Of a stretch of DNA of 64,000 nt, positions 48,455-58,619 are shown in pieces; position 1 is the first letter of the stretch, and each line of letters opens with the position of its first letter. Below the pieces are notes generated by a model, which had not been told where the DNA came from, did no database searches, and saw only the letters and a list, made by a program, of their open reading frames with translations. The DNA comes from a bacterium (lineage in GTDB: Bacteria; Hinthialibacterota; Hinthialibacteria; Hinthialibacterales; Hinthialibacteraceae). Where the stretch lies: the NCBI GenBank assembly GCA_963662285.2, contig CAXXMV010000006.1, positions 352,001 to 416,000 on the forward strand, read 5' to 3'. The position numbers were made by a program, and so were the translations under genes.

Positions 48455-51010
48455 ATGTGGATTAAAAAATTAGTTGCCTTTATGTTTATTCTTCTGTTAA
48501 CCGTAATATCCGTATTTTCTGCGGATGATTCAACTCAATTGTTTGAATCTGTTTTCGGAAATCACGCCATTTTGGATATGACGTTTCACCAGCGCGTTTT
48601 ATCTGCGACGCCGGGAGAGCGTCATTACCGCGACTTAAATAACGATGGACATCCCGAAGAAGTGTGGTTTATCGACCTGGACTCGCGCCATCCGGAAAAA
48701 TACCGTCCCCTGCTGGTCAAGGTTATCGACGAAGACGGCGATTTGGAGTTCGGTGACGAACCCGACCTCGACAGCGATCTCTATATCGCCGACTGGAAAG
48801 CGGATGGATCGGTCAATGCGGTGTTGGATTACACTGATATTGACGGCGATAACGATGTTGATGAAATGGGGATGTATTTTATCGGCGGTGGTTCCAATTA
48901 TTTTCCTGGCAAGACGTTAAGGGTTTGGTGGGGCAGGGATGACTGCGACGATAACCTGCTATGGTACAACGTGGGTTACACCTATGATCAAAGGTTATGC
49001 CAATACCGCACCCATTTTGGAGGCGAAGAAACCTTCGTGGCCTTTGCTCTGGCGGAAACTGGAAAAGAGTGGATTCCATTTTTTGAAAATCCATTTTTGT
49101 TTTATGACCACGACGGGGATGGCGTGGCCGAAGAAGTATTGCGTCTCTCAGGATACGATAATGAAGTCGAATCGATGCGCTATAGTTTTGATGTAGACAA
49201 CGATGCAACCATAGAACAGCCCAGAGATTTTGATGTATCTCTTACCGCCTGGGCGCCCGGTTCAAACGCCAAGTCCGAAGATAATCAAAGAGGCCGTTCA
49301 TCGCTCGAAATACCCAATCGGTTTATGGAAACAATGACTTTACGCGATATCCCCTGCCGTGGATATCTGGCGCATGAATATGCGCCACACTTCGTAAAAC
49401 CTATCGTGTGGGATCGTATGATGCTCACCTGGGATGAAATTGATCTCAATGGCGATGCGCAGAATGAATACAGTGATTTCCATGAACGCTGGGAAGGCGT
49501 TATCGCTCACGGAACATCCGATTTCCCGCAAGTCGGCGGTCCCAGCTGCGGCCCCTTCAATAAGCGTTATGAATTAATTTCAGATAACACCGCTCCACTG
49601 CAAATATACTATCACCCATTCGACAATCGCATTCACCTGAAAAACGCGCAGCGCGTCTGGATGGAGGTTGATTGGGATTTCGACCGCGTAATTGATATGC
49701 GCTATACCCTGGTGGATAGCGATGCCGATGGCTTCATCGACCGCTATGAATATGACGCCAATGCAGATTCGATAGTCGATGATGTATGGGATATTAATGA
49801 TGAATTGATTCAAAATATTGAATGGAGCTGGGCCGATCTTTCGACAATTCGTAAACCTTATACTGCTGAATCGTTGAGCGAATTGATGGCTTTGAATCAA
49901 GCGATCGAGGCTAAAATAAAGTCAATTGATTCTAATGCGTTGATTAACATCCGCAAAGCATTGCCTGATTGGAATAATCTTGTAAATGTTCCAGAATTCG
50001 CAATAGAACGGTTAGATGCATCGCTGGAAAGCCAGCATTTCTTGAATGAATTAAGGAGAGATTTGTTAATCTATATCTTAAAGAATCTCCCGATTACAAA
50101 CCAATTAAAAGAAAAACTGGATGTTCTACATCAACATAATTTGAAGATTGATATTTACAAACTACTCGATATCAATCGACCTGTTGCAAATGCGCCTTCT
50201 GAATATAAACCAACGCAAGATAACCCAAAAGTCGCCTGGGCGCAAAATTGGATTCCACCCAATATCGGTTGGGAATCTGAACAGATCGCCTACCGCGCCT
50301 ATTGGGGTAAATTCGATTTCTTCGGCAAAAACAGACCGATTCTGATCTACCCCACTATTGGATCACAGGCTTACCATGAAGAAACCGAATGGGGCATGGA
50401 CGCCTTGAATGTATTAGACACGCCGGGATGCGGGGGCGCGACGCTATACATCAATCAAAAACCATATCCCCTGTGGAGCGATGGCAAAGACGGCGTCCTG
50501 GAATTTACAGCGCGGGTAATACAAGAAAGCAAACAACAAGTCACCATTGAAATATTGGTCGATAATGTTGGTTTGAAAGACCATCCGTATCGAGTGCGTA
50601 TGCATTGTTCATTGATGTCCGGCCGGAGCGATACTGTAATCAAGACGAGGATCGAGAGTGGGAATCCTAACGATGAACTGGCTCTTGGAATAGGCTTAAC
50701 CAAATTACCTCAGGAATCCGTCATGCTGGATACAGAAGCAGGCGTACTTGGAGTAAGGGGTTTTCAGATTCCTAAAATAGGCTGGATAAGTATGGGCGTT
50801 GTCTTTCCGAAAGACCGCTATTTGAAATATGTAAGTTCAGAAAACGAAAACCAGGTTGTATTGTCAGCCAAAGCAAATGAATGGATTGCATATCATATAC
50901 AGTGCGATTGGCTGCGCGGGCGGCGATTCAACTATTCACCCTCCGCCGCTGATTGGATGCAGCAACTTAAAACGCTTGCATCCAATCAATCACATTTGGA
51001 TTTTCGCTAG
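48455..51010 (+). CDS. Secreted protein: DxDxDG-rich N-terminal domain fused to a DUF4861-like C-terminal domain
   Basis: Signal peptide. DLNNDG, DIDGDND, DHDGDG, DSDADG. C-terminal GWESEQIAYRAY..DFFGK..YHEETEWGMDALNV..GCGG is DUF4861-like. Confidence 0.75.
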   Translation: MWIKKLVAFMFILLLTVISVFSADDSTQLFESVFGNHAILDMTFHQRVLSATPGERHYRDLNNDGHPEEVWFIDLDSRHPEKYRPLLVKVIDEDGDLEFGDEPDLDSDLYIADWKADGSVNAVLDYTDIDGDNDVDEMGMYFIGGGSNYFPGKTLRVWWGRDDCDDNLLWYNVGYTYDQRLCQYRTHFGGEETFVAFALAETGKEWIPFFENPFLFYDHDGDGVAEEVLRLSGYDNEVESMRYSFDVDNDATIEQPRDFDVSLTAWAPGSNAKSEDNQRGRSSLEIPNRFMETMTLRDIPCRGYLAHEYAPHFVKPIVWDRMMLTWDEIDLNGDAQNEYSDFHERWEGVIAHGTSDFPQVGGPSCGPFNKRYELISDNTAPLQIYYHPFDNRIHLKNAQRVWMEVDWDFDRVIDMRYTLVDSDADGFIDRYEYDANADSIVDDVWDINDELIQNIEWSWADLSTIRKPYTAESLSELMALNQAIEAKIKSIDSNALINIRKALPDWNNLVNVPEFAIERLDASLESQHFLNELRRDLLIYILKNLPITNQLKEKLDVLHQHNLKIDIYKLLDINRPVANAPSEYKPTQDNPKVAWAQNWIPPNIGWESEQIAYRAYWGKFDFFGKNRPILIYPTIGSQAYHEETEWGMDALNVLDTPGCGGATLYINQKPYPLWSDGKDGVLEFTARVIQESKQQVTIEILVDNVGLKDHPYRVRMHCSLMSGRSDTVIKTRIESGNPNDELALGIGLTKLPQESVMLDTEAGVLGVRGFQIPKIGWISMGVVFPKDRYLKYVSSENENQVVLSAKANEWIAYHIQCDWLRGRRFNYSPSAADWMQQLKTLASNQSHLDFR

Positions 51011-51045
51011 AGTAGTTGTCAAAATAATGTTCTGACGAGACTTGT

Positions 51046-53760
51046 CTACTTTTCAGGCAATAATTCTTTGAAAGTTCTTTTGGCATCCAACTTAATGCTC
51101 TGTTCACCATACTTGAGATATGATCCGTTGCAGAGGGCGGCGTATTCCATTATGCCGTCCCGCAACGATGCAAAACCAATTTCTGCGTTGCATTCCATAG
51201 GAATGTTTCCTATTTGACACTTCGTGAGGTTATTATCTAAAGCGCGGTTTACCAGCAGTATTTGTTTCCGGCCATCATGAAGTTCGATGATAATGATGCA
51301 CTTTTTATTATCATCAGAATCATTGACTAACCTTGCGGTTTTGATGAATGGATGATTTTCATAGGGTTCCAGAATTCCGATGAATTGCGACGACAGAGGA
51401 TTGTTTTCAGAACTATTAGAAATCAATAATCGTGGAATCCATTGTTCTTGCCCTCCAAAGGTATTGGATGTATCAATCCAACATTCACCTAAAGCCGCTT
51501 GCGTGCTTTTTGTTAAAGCCGTGTATCTTAAATGAATGTCCCTATCTTTTTCTTCAATTGCGCTTATTTTCCAATCTGCGTACCAACCGGGAGATGGATG
51601 GGCGGCGCTTATGAAATTTCTGGTTTCATAGCGGGATTCCAATTCGATAGGTTTATCTAATACAATGCCTTTGGTAGTAACGTCTCCAAGATTTGATGCT
51701 ATAAATAATTCGTGGCGCCGACCTCCTGAAACTTGAAAAAGATCGATAACATAAAAATCATTTTCGGATATATCAACTTTGACTAAAGTACGTTCATAGC
51801 GGTCGCCATCAATCAATTCCGGCGCCGATACGCTAACCATATCTAATTGTTTACCGCTTCCCCATAGTGTTGTTTTTCCATCTGCGGACTTATGGTCTTT
51901 CCCATCGACTACGACAGTGTTATGAGCAGCGGTCTGTTTATACCAAACCGCTTTGGGCGCATTCCATCCACCATATCCGACAGGTGGATATCCAAAATCG
52001 GGCAACAAATCCACGCCTTTGGCGAATAATCCTATATTAAGCCCATCATGATGGCTATGCCGCCCGCCGGAATCGTGATCCAGCCATACGGCGCGACGGT
52101 TAGCTCCTTCACCGGAGCGAAGAATGGAAAGCCCCCATTGCTCCAGATTTATGTCGCCAAGTTTGAAATCACAGCCATGCTTCTGGATGACTTTTTGTAC
52201 CCGTTGTTCAAATTGAAGAGGATCAGTGACGCAAATATCGTAGGGTAAACCCTTGGTGGAAAAATTGTTTTCTCTAAATAGAACCTTAACGAAATCTGGA
52301 TCGTGAGTTATCTCGAATATTCTCCATAAGAATTGGAACATGGATGGTTCAGTATTTTGAAGGATAGTGGAACAGATTGCTCCAAGATAGTTAGGGCATT
52401 GACCACCAAAACAACTGCAATCACCTTCGCGGGGATAATATTTTTCCATACACCAGGTATCGATATGAAACCGGTATGTTTTGTGAAGATCGGGAAACTG
52501 TTTGAATAATTCTGGAAGCAACGAAGAATCCAGACGGTCAAAGCGGGATATCAGCTTAGCAAATGATCGGGGAAATATCGTGGTATATCCGGAAAGACCT
52601 TTTTCTCCGGTCATCCCATCTTCTTTGACCGACTCGGTCAGGATATCTGAAAGCAGGCTGATTATTCTCTCTCGATTGTTGGGCCACCCTAAGACGGTTT
52701 CCATGGTCAACAAGGCTATAGGCGTGTTTGGGAAATTAGAATCGATGCGCTTTTTATGATCCAGCGTGTGTTGGAAGATGCGTACTTCTATGTTTTTTTG
52801 AATATCTGCGAAATTTGTTTTGGTCGACTCTAATTGATATTGTTTTGCTTTTTGAGAGAGAAATGCAACCAGTTGGTTGTCATTTCGAATCCCGTCATAT
52901 ATCCGGTCATAGGCTTGAGCCAATTCCCGAACCTCTTCACAGGCGTCATGCCAGACAGTAACGTATCCACGATGGCCTGATTTCTCATAGACTAATCCCT
53001 GCGACTGGAAATCAAACAGCGGGTATAAATCGGCGATGCGGTCGAGCAGGATTGCTGCTTTGCGCGCGTAAACCGGGTTGCCCGTCACGAAATAGGCCTC
53101 GCTTAAATTGGTGATTCCTCCCACAATTTTTTGCCGCCATTGCCCGGCGATCAGGTAATATCCAATGAAGCGCCAGCGCTTGTTTCCTTCAACATACCCC
53201 TCTCCATCGTCCACGCCGAACATGCGTAAAAGATCATCGGTTCCCGGATGATCTTGGTTGTAAAGCAACTGACGGTCGGCCTTGCCTGGAACAAAGACGC
53301 CATTTTCATCCAAGCCGGAATGATAATAAGCCTGGAAATCGTTGGTAGGAAACAGTTGTTGACAGTGGGGACATTGCACTTTGAACGGGTGATTCCATAT
53401 ATCAATTTTCCAGGTGTACATCTTGACGTCTTTTCGGCAAGAGGGACAAATTCCATCTGACCATACCATCCATGTCCGGGTGATATCGGGGCCGAACATT
53501 GATTCCCATAATTCCTCATCTGTGCAATCCAGCCAGGGCCGGGCTTTTTGGATGAGGTTGTTCTGGATGGTTTTGGCCCATCCATACTGGCTTGCGTTTA
53601 ATATAGCCGTATCCCGTAAATGTTCGGGATACAGTACGCTCGCAGTTTTCATGTATGCATTTTCATTCTCAGAAAATGCGACCGGCGCAATGAGTACAGT
53701 ACAATAAAAACACGAAATTAGTATAAAAATCATTGATTTGAAAGAGTGATTCACATTCAT
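51046..53760 (-). CDS. Heparinase II/III-like polysaccharide lyase family protein
   Basis: Signal peptide. AYFVTGNPVYARKAAILL (alpha/alpha domain), HSHHDGLNIGLFAKG..LPDFGY, AAHNTVVVDG, YERTL. Confidence 0.85.
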   Translation of the reverse strand: MNVNHSFKSMIFILISCFYCTVLIAPVAFSENENAYMKTASVLYPEHLRDTAILNASQYGWAKTIQNNLIQKARPWLDCTDEELWESMFGPDITRTWMVWSDGICPSCRKDVKMYTWKIDIWNHPFKVQCPHCQQLFPTNDFQAYYHSGLDENGVFVPGKADRQLLYNQDHPGTDDLLRMFGVDDGEGYVEGNKRWRFIGYYLIAGQWRQKIVGGITNLSEAYFVTGNPVYARKAAILLDRIADLYPLFDFQSQGLVYEKSGHRGYVTVWHDACEEVRELAQAYDRIYDGIRNDNQLVAFLSQKAKQYQLESTKTNFADIQKNIEVRIFQHTLDHKKRIDSNFPNTPIALLTMETVLGWPNNRERIISLLSDILTESVKEDGMTGEKGLSGYTTIFPRSFAKLISRFDRLDSSLLPELFKQFPDLHKTYRFHIDTWCMEKYYPREGDCSCFGGQCPNYLGAICSTILQNTEPSMFQFLWRIFEITHDPDFVKVLFRENNFSTKGLPYDICVTDPLQFEQRVQKVIQKHGCDFKLGDINLEQWGLSILRSGEGANRRAVWLDHDSGGRHSHHDGLNIGLFAKGVDLLPDFGYPPVGYGGWNAPKAVWYKQTAAHNTVVVDGKDHKSADGKTTLWGSGKQLDMVSVSAPELIDGDRYERTLVKVDISENDFYVIDLFQVSGGRRHELFIASNLGDVTTKGIVLDKPIELESRYETRNFISAAHPSPGWYADWKISAIEEKDRDIHLRYTALTKSTQAALGECWIDTSNTFGGQEQWIPRLLISNSSENNPLSSQFIGILEPYENHPFIKTARLVNDSDDNKKCIIIIELHDGRKQILLVNRALDNNLTKCQIGNIPMECNAEIGFASLRDGIMEYAALCNGSYLKYGEQSIKLDAKRTFKELLPEK

Positions 53761-53927
53761 ATCCTCTAAGAGTTGTATTTGTCAATTTTAGAAAACCTTC
53801 TATTCTATATTCCCATGTTAAATAGAAAAAATACAGTGTAGCGCAATAGTATTTACAATTCATTTTTGATAGATTCAAGTGAAGCAAATATTGTTTATTA
53901 TTTCTTGTTTAACTTAAAAAAAACATC

Positions 53928-56075
53928 ATGTTCCAAATTAGAAGGTTATTTCTACTTGTATTCTGCTTGATTATTCTCTTTCCACTTGTCGTATTTTCCT
54001 GGGAGGGATTTGATTGGGAGCAATGGCGCGTCATAACGAACGCTGTAAAACCTACTATTATTACTCCCCAATCTCATAGTTCTGAATTGTTTCCTCTTCT
54101 GCAAAAAGAGGGGGACGTCTGTGCAAGAATCCAGAGTATTCAGGAATGGGAGCAAAAAAGGGATCGTATTTTAGGAGTGCTTGAATCAATAATCGGAACC
54201 TCATCGAAGGCGAAAATTATTCCTCCATATGCAGATATTCTTGGGGAAGCAAGTTTTAGTAATTACAAACGATTCCATTTGCGAATCAGCAGCGAGCCTG
54301 ATGACTGGATAACCGCTTATTTGTTGATTCCCGATCCAATGCCCGTCAAGCCGGTTCCTGCAATGATCGTGCTTCACCAAACCGTCTCCCAGGGCAAAGA
54401 TGAACCGTGCGGCATTGAAGGCAATGCTGAGATGGCGTTTGCGTTGGAGTTGGCGCAAAAAGGATTTGTTTGCATCGTTCCGGATATGATAGGTTTCGGC
54501 GAACGCACGCCACCCGGCGCCCCGCCCTATCACAACGCCCTGCAATTCTTCAGGAAGCATCCGGATTGGTCATTTTTTGGCAAAATGGTATGGGATATCA
54601 GGCAGGTCGTCAATTATTTGGAAACGCTTCCATTCGTCGATATGTACCGGCTGGGATGCATGGGACACTCGCATGGTGGTTATGGAACTATCATAGGCGC
54701 AATTTTTGAACCGAGAATAACCGCTGTTGTGGTGAGTTGTGGATTTACTACATTGCGGAAAGATCCGATCCCGGAGCGTTGGAGTCATTTAACCGCGTTG
54801 ATGCCTAAACTTGGTTTTTATAAAGACCACATCGAAGAGGCGCCTTTCGATTGGCATGAGATAATTGCATGCATGGCGCCCCGGCCTTTCTATCTATGGG
54901 GAACATTAAACGATGCGATTTTCCCATCAATTGATAATTTTCCTGAAATCTTTGAGCAAGTCGAAAGCGTATATTCTCTTTATGGCGCCAAAGATTATTT
55001 TCATCCACGCCTTGGAGAGGGACCTCATTCATTTCCAACAGAACAACGAAACGAAGCCTATAACTGGCTTAAAAGAAATATACCAGTTCGTCCTGCTAAA
55101 GAAACTCTTGGGAATGATCCCGGCGACATAGCTCAATGGGAGAAAAAACAGCCAACCATTAAAAACCTTCTGCAGCGGGATATTGGTTCAGTTGAACCGC
55201 CCTCTATGGAATCCTCTTTCGCAGTGTTATCCACCATCCAACACGAGGGATATACAGAAAAAATGATTCAATATTTCACGGCGCCCGGTGAACGCATTTC
55301 CGCCTATCTCCTCTACCCGGATACATTGAAGAAAAAAAATCCAGCAATCATCGTCTTCCATCAAACAACTGAGAATGGTAAAGAAGAACCAGTCGGACGC
55401 AAAGGCAGAGCAAGCATGCATCTGGCGCCTGAACTGGCCATTCGAGGATACTATGTATTAGCGCCAGATTCCATAACGGCTGGAGAACGAATCGATTCAG
55501 CCGGTCCGTATAATACGCGTAATGTTTATCGCGATTATCCAAATTCATCCGCCCTGGGGAAAATGATTCAAGATGGGCGGCGGGCGATTGATATTCTTCA
55601 ATCAATACCAGAAGTGGATCGAAACCGTATTGGCGCAATCGGGCATTCGCTGGGCGCGGAAGAGGCGCTGTTCGTCGCTGCATTTGATGAACGGATCAAG
55701 GCGGCGGCGGCCAGTTGTGGATTCGCTCCATTGCGTGTAGAAAGCAATCCCGCAAGATGGGCCAGGGATCATTGGTTTTCCTACATGCCCCGTTTGCGGA
55801 TTGATTTGCGAGCGAAACGAATGCCCGCCTGGGATTTTGATGATGTGATTCGTCTGGTGGCGCCACGCGGGTATTTTAATTATCAAACAGAGGATGACGA
55901 CATTTTCCCGGAAGGATACGCCGCGCATGCCATGACTCTTGCTCTTAAACCACTCTGGTGTATGTACGAGAAAGAAAACCATCTGCAAAGCATTCTGGAA
56001 CCAGGGCCGCACGATTTTTCATCCGATGCAAAACAAATCATTTACGATTGGATGGATGCAATTCTTTTTGATTAA
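53928..56075 (+). CDS. Secreted tandem two-domain alpha/beta hydrolase (dienelactone hydrolase/acetylesterase-like)
   Basis: Two homologous halves, each with AYLLxP, HQT, a nucleophile elbow (GHSHG; GHSLG), APR, D..F and GPHxF. Confidence 0.88.
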   Translation: MFQIRRLFLLVFCLIILFPLVVFSWEGFDWEQWRVITNAVKPTIITPQSHSSELFPLLQKEGDVCARIQSIQEWEQKRDRILGVLESIIGTSSKAKIIPPYADILGEASFSNYKRFHLRISSEPDDWITAYLLIPDPMPVKPVPAMIVLHQTVSQGKDEPCGIEGNAEMAFALELAQKGFVCIVPDMIGFGERTPPGAPPYHNALQFFRKHPDWSFFGKMVWDIRQVVNYLETLPFVDMYRLGCMGHSHGGYGTIIGAIFEPRITAVVVSCGFTTLRKDPIPERWSHLTALMPKLGFYKDHIEEAPFDWHEIIACMAPRPFYLWGTLNDAIFPSIDNFPEIFEQVESVYSLYGAKDYFHPRLGEGPHSFPTEQRNEAYNWLKRNIPVRPAKETLGNDPGDIAQWEKKQPTIKNLLQRDIGSVEPPSMESSFAVLSTIQHEGYTEKMIQYFTAPGERISAYLLYPDTLKKKNPAIIVFHQTTENGKEEPVGRKGRASMHLAPELAIRGYYVLAPDSITAGERIDSAGPYNTRNVYRDYPNSSALGKMIQDGRRAIDILQSIPEVDRNRIGAIGHSLGAEEALFVAAFDERIKAAAASCGFAPLRVESNPARWARDHWFSYMPRLRIDLRAKRMPAWDFDDVIRLVAPRGYFNYQTEDDDIFPEGYAAHAMTLALKPLWCMYEKENHLQSILEPGPHDFSSDAKQIIYDWMDAILFD

Positions 56076-56127
56076 GAGAAAACGGCAAACAGTCTATAGT
56101 AAAAATTTCTGAAGGAGTTATAAGAAC

Positions 56128-58326
56128 ATGCGCTTAATACCCAAACGGCTGTCTATACTCATCTTATTGTTCGCTTTACTTCCAATAAGCCTTTTTGCCC
56201 AGGAAGAGCAATATATTCTCAACGCGGCGCATGGAGTGTTGGAACGGATTGTTCCCGAACAAGTGGAAGAATTTGAACTAGCTCTTATTCCACAAGACAA
56301 TGGGCGAGATGTTTTTGAAATTGAAAGCCGGGATGGAAAGATTATCCTGCGCGGCAACAATGGCGTCTCCATTTGTTCGGCGTTGAATTGGTATTTGAAA
56401 TATTATTGCAATGCGTGCGTCTCGCTCCAGGGAGTGCAGCTTAATCTGCCCACGCCTCTGCCAGGCGTTAATCCCAAAATCCGGCAGGTAAGTCCCCATA
56501 AATACCGCTATTTTTTTAATTATTGCTGCTTTGGATATTCTCTGGCCTGGTGGGATTGGCAACAATGGGAATTTATTATTGATTGGATGGCTCTGAATGG
56601 CATCAACCTTCCTCTGGCCGTTACCGGTCAGGAATCGACTTGGCAGAAAGTTTTAACCGATTATGGTTTCGACAAGGACTCGGTATTCGATTTTCTGGCC
56701 GGGCCGCCATACCTGCCCTTTGGCTGGATGGGATGCCTGGATGGCTGGGGCGGCCCCCTTACCCAGGATTGGATTGACCGCCGTGCCGCGCTGCAACAAA
56801 AGATTCTCAAACGCGAACGCTCTCTGGGCATGACGCCCGTCCTGCAAGGTTTTACCGGACATATTCCCAAAGCGCTTGGTGATAAGATTCCCGGCATAAA
56901 ACTGCATAAGATCCGTTGGATCGAATGGGAAACCTATTTTGTTGATCCCAATGATTCGATGTTTATGGAAATAGGTAAAAGGTTTCAGCAAAAACAAATC
57001 GAAGAATTTGGAACTGACCATTTCTATGCGTCGGATACTTTTATCGAAATGACGCCGCCCAGTGATGATCCGGCGTTTCTCAAAAAGATGGGTCAATTGG
57101 TGTTTAGCAATCTCCGTTCCGCTGATCCAAAAGCGATTTGGGTAATGCAGGCATGGATATTCTTCAATAATTCCAAATTCTGGAAACCTCCCCAAACCGA
57201 AGCGTTGTTTAGCGGAGTGCCTGATAATGGAATGCTGGTGTTGGACCTATATTGCGACAACACGCCTGTCTGGAAGATCACCAATTCTTTCCATGGGAAA
57301 CCCTGGCTCTGGTGTGCGCTGCATAATTTTGGCAACACCGTATTTTTACATGGATCGCTGCCCAACCTTAATAATGAACTATTTTCAACAATGTCGAATC
57401 CAGAAAAAGGCAACCTATCCGGCATCGGCATGACTCAGGAAGGTCTTGATTATAATCCGGTCATCTTCGATTTCGTATTGGAGATGACGTGGCGGGATGC
57501 TGCGGTTGACATCGATAAATGGATCGACCAATACGCCATACGCCGCTACGGCCAATCGAATCCCCACGCTCAAAAGGCCTGGCGTATCCTGCGCAATACT
57601 GTGTATGATAAAACAGGCCGGGAGCGTTCGATCATCAATAGGCGCCCGGCAATCAGTCTGGGCGCCAATACGGACAAACAAGAGTTGCTGGAGTTGCTCA
57701 AGGCATGGGATCACCTGATCCAATGTTCCGACCGCTTTATAAATGTTGATTCATTCCACTTTGATCTGGTAAATCTGGGACGGCAGATTCTATCGAATTT
57801 CTGCACCTTGCAATATCAGGAACTGATCAAAGCCTACAAAGCAAAGGATCAGCAAAAACTGCTATCCCTATCAAATGATATGCTGCAAACCATGCAGGAC
57901 ATGGATCGCCTGCTTTCATCACGCCAGGAATTTCTGTTAGGCGATTGGATTGAAAGTGCGAAACAATGGGGCAATTCTGATAAAGAAAAACAAACCTATG
58001 AATGGAATGCCAGAAATATCATCACTCTCTGGGGAGACGGTAAATCCACTCTGCATGATTACGCCCGTAAAGAATGGTCTGGTTTGATTGCAGATTTCTA
58101 TTTGAAGCGCTGGAATTATTTCCTGGATGAACTAATTCAATCGCTTGAAAGCAATCAGCCGCTTGATGAGAAAAAAATCATTGGGCATTTGCAGAATTGG
58201 GAGGAAGAGTGGACCAGGAATACCAAGCCTTTTCCTTCAAAACCAACAGGGGAACCAGTAAGAATATCAAAAACAATGTATCAAAAATATCATGAAAAAA
58301 TTAAAAATCACTCTCGTTTAAGGTAA
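56128..58326 (+). CDS. Alpha-N-acetylglucosaminidase (GH89)
   Basis: RYFFNYCCFGYS..WWDW..IDWMALNGINLPLA, GWGGPL, PVLQGFTGH, both catalytic Glu motifs (DTFIEM; GMTQEG), EWNARNIITLWG, LHDYA.KEWSGL. Confidence 0.95.
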   Translation: MRLIPKRLSILILLFALLPISLFAQEEQYILNAAHGVLERIVPEQVEEFELALIPQDNGRDVFEIESRDGKIILRGNNGVSICSALNWYLKYYCNACVSLQGVQLNLPTPLPGVNPKIRQVSPHKYRYFFNYCCFGYSLAWWDWQQWEFIIDWMALNGINLPLAVTGQESTWQKVLTDYGFDKDSVFDFLAGPPYLPFGWMGCLDGWGGPLTQDWIDRRAALQQKILKRERSLGMTPVLQGFTGHIPKALGDKIPGIKLHKIRWIEWETYFVDPNDSMFMEIGKRFQQKQIEEFGTDHFYASDTFIEMTPPSDDPAFLKKMGQLVFSNLRSADPKAIWVMQAWIFFNNSKFWKPPQTEALFSGVPDNGMLVLDLYCDNTPVWKITNSFHGKPWLWCALHNFGNTVFLHGSLPNLNNELFSTMSNPEKGNLSGIGMTQEGLDYNPVIFDFVLEMTWRDAAVDIDKWIDQYAIRRYGQSNPHAQKAWRILRNTVYDKTGRERSIINRRPAISLGANTDKQELLELLKAWDHLIQCSDRFINVDSFHFDLVNLGRQILSNFCTLQYQELIKAYKAKDQQKLLSLSNDMLQTMQDMDRLLSSRQEFLLGDWIESAKQWGNSDKEKQTYEWNARNIITLWGDGKSTLHDYARKEWSGLIADFYLKRWNYFLDELIQSLESNQPLDEKKIIGHLQNWEEEWTRNTKPFPSKPTGEPVRISKTMYQKYHEKIKNHSRLR

Positions 58327-58619
58327 GACGTGATTATTAATCAACCTGATTTTGAAAGCCGCCTGAACTGTGGTTTTTAGGATAATGTAACGATTTCGAC
58401 CACTGCTTCTTGACCATAATTAAGTAACGATACATGATTCAGGTTATGATTCGATGCACAATTTGAGTGGTTTTCATAGTAACGTTCTGAGTCGCGATTC
58501 GTATAAGTAAGGACAGATTAGCTTTTACGAATATCAAACGTGATAATTGATGAATATAATGTTGATAATCGCTCTAGTGTAATATTGTAAAAAAGTTATA
58601 AGTTGAAGGAGCATTAAAG

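Noticed and set aside
56040-56075. C-terminal 'IYDWMDAILFD' as a third copy of the W-x-x-Y tag
   Set aside because: It is the normal last helix of the alpha/beta hydrolase (domain 1 has the equivalent AYNWLKRN), has no linker, and has the wrong spacing.
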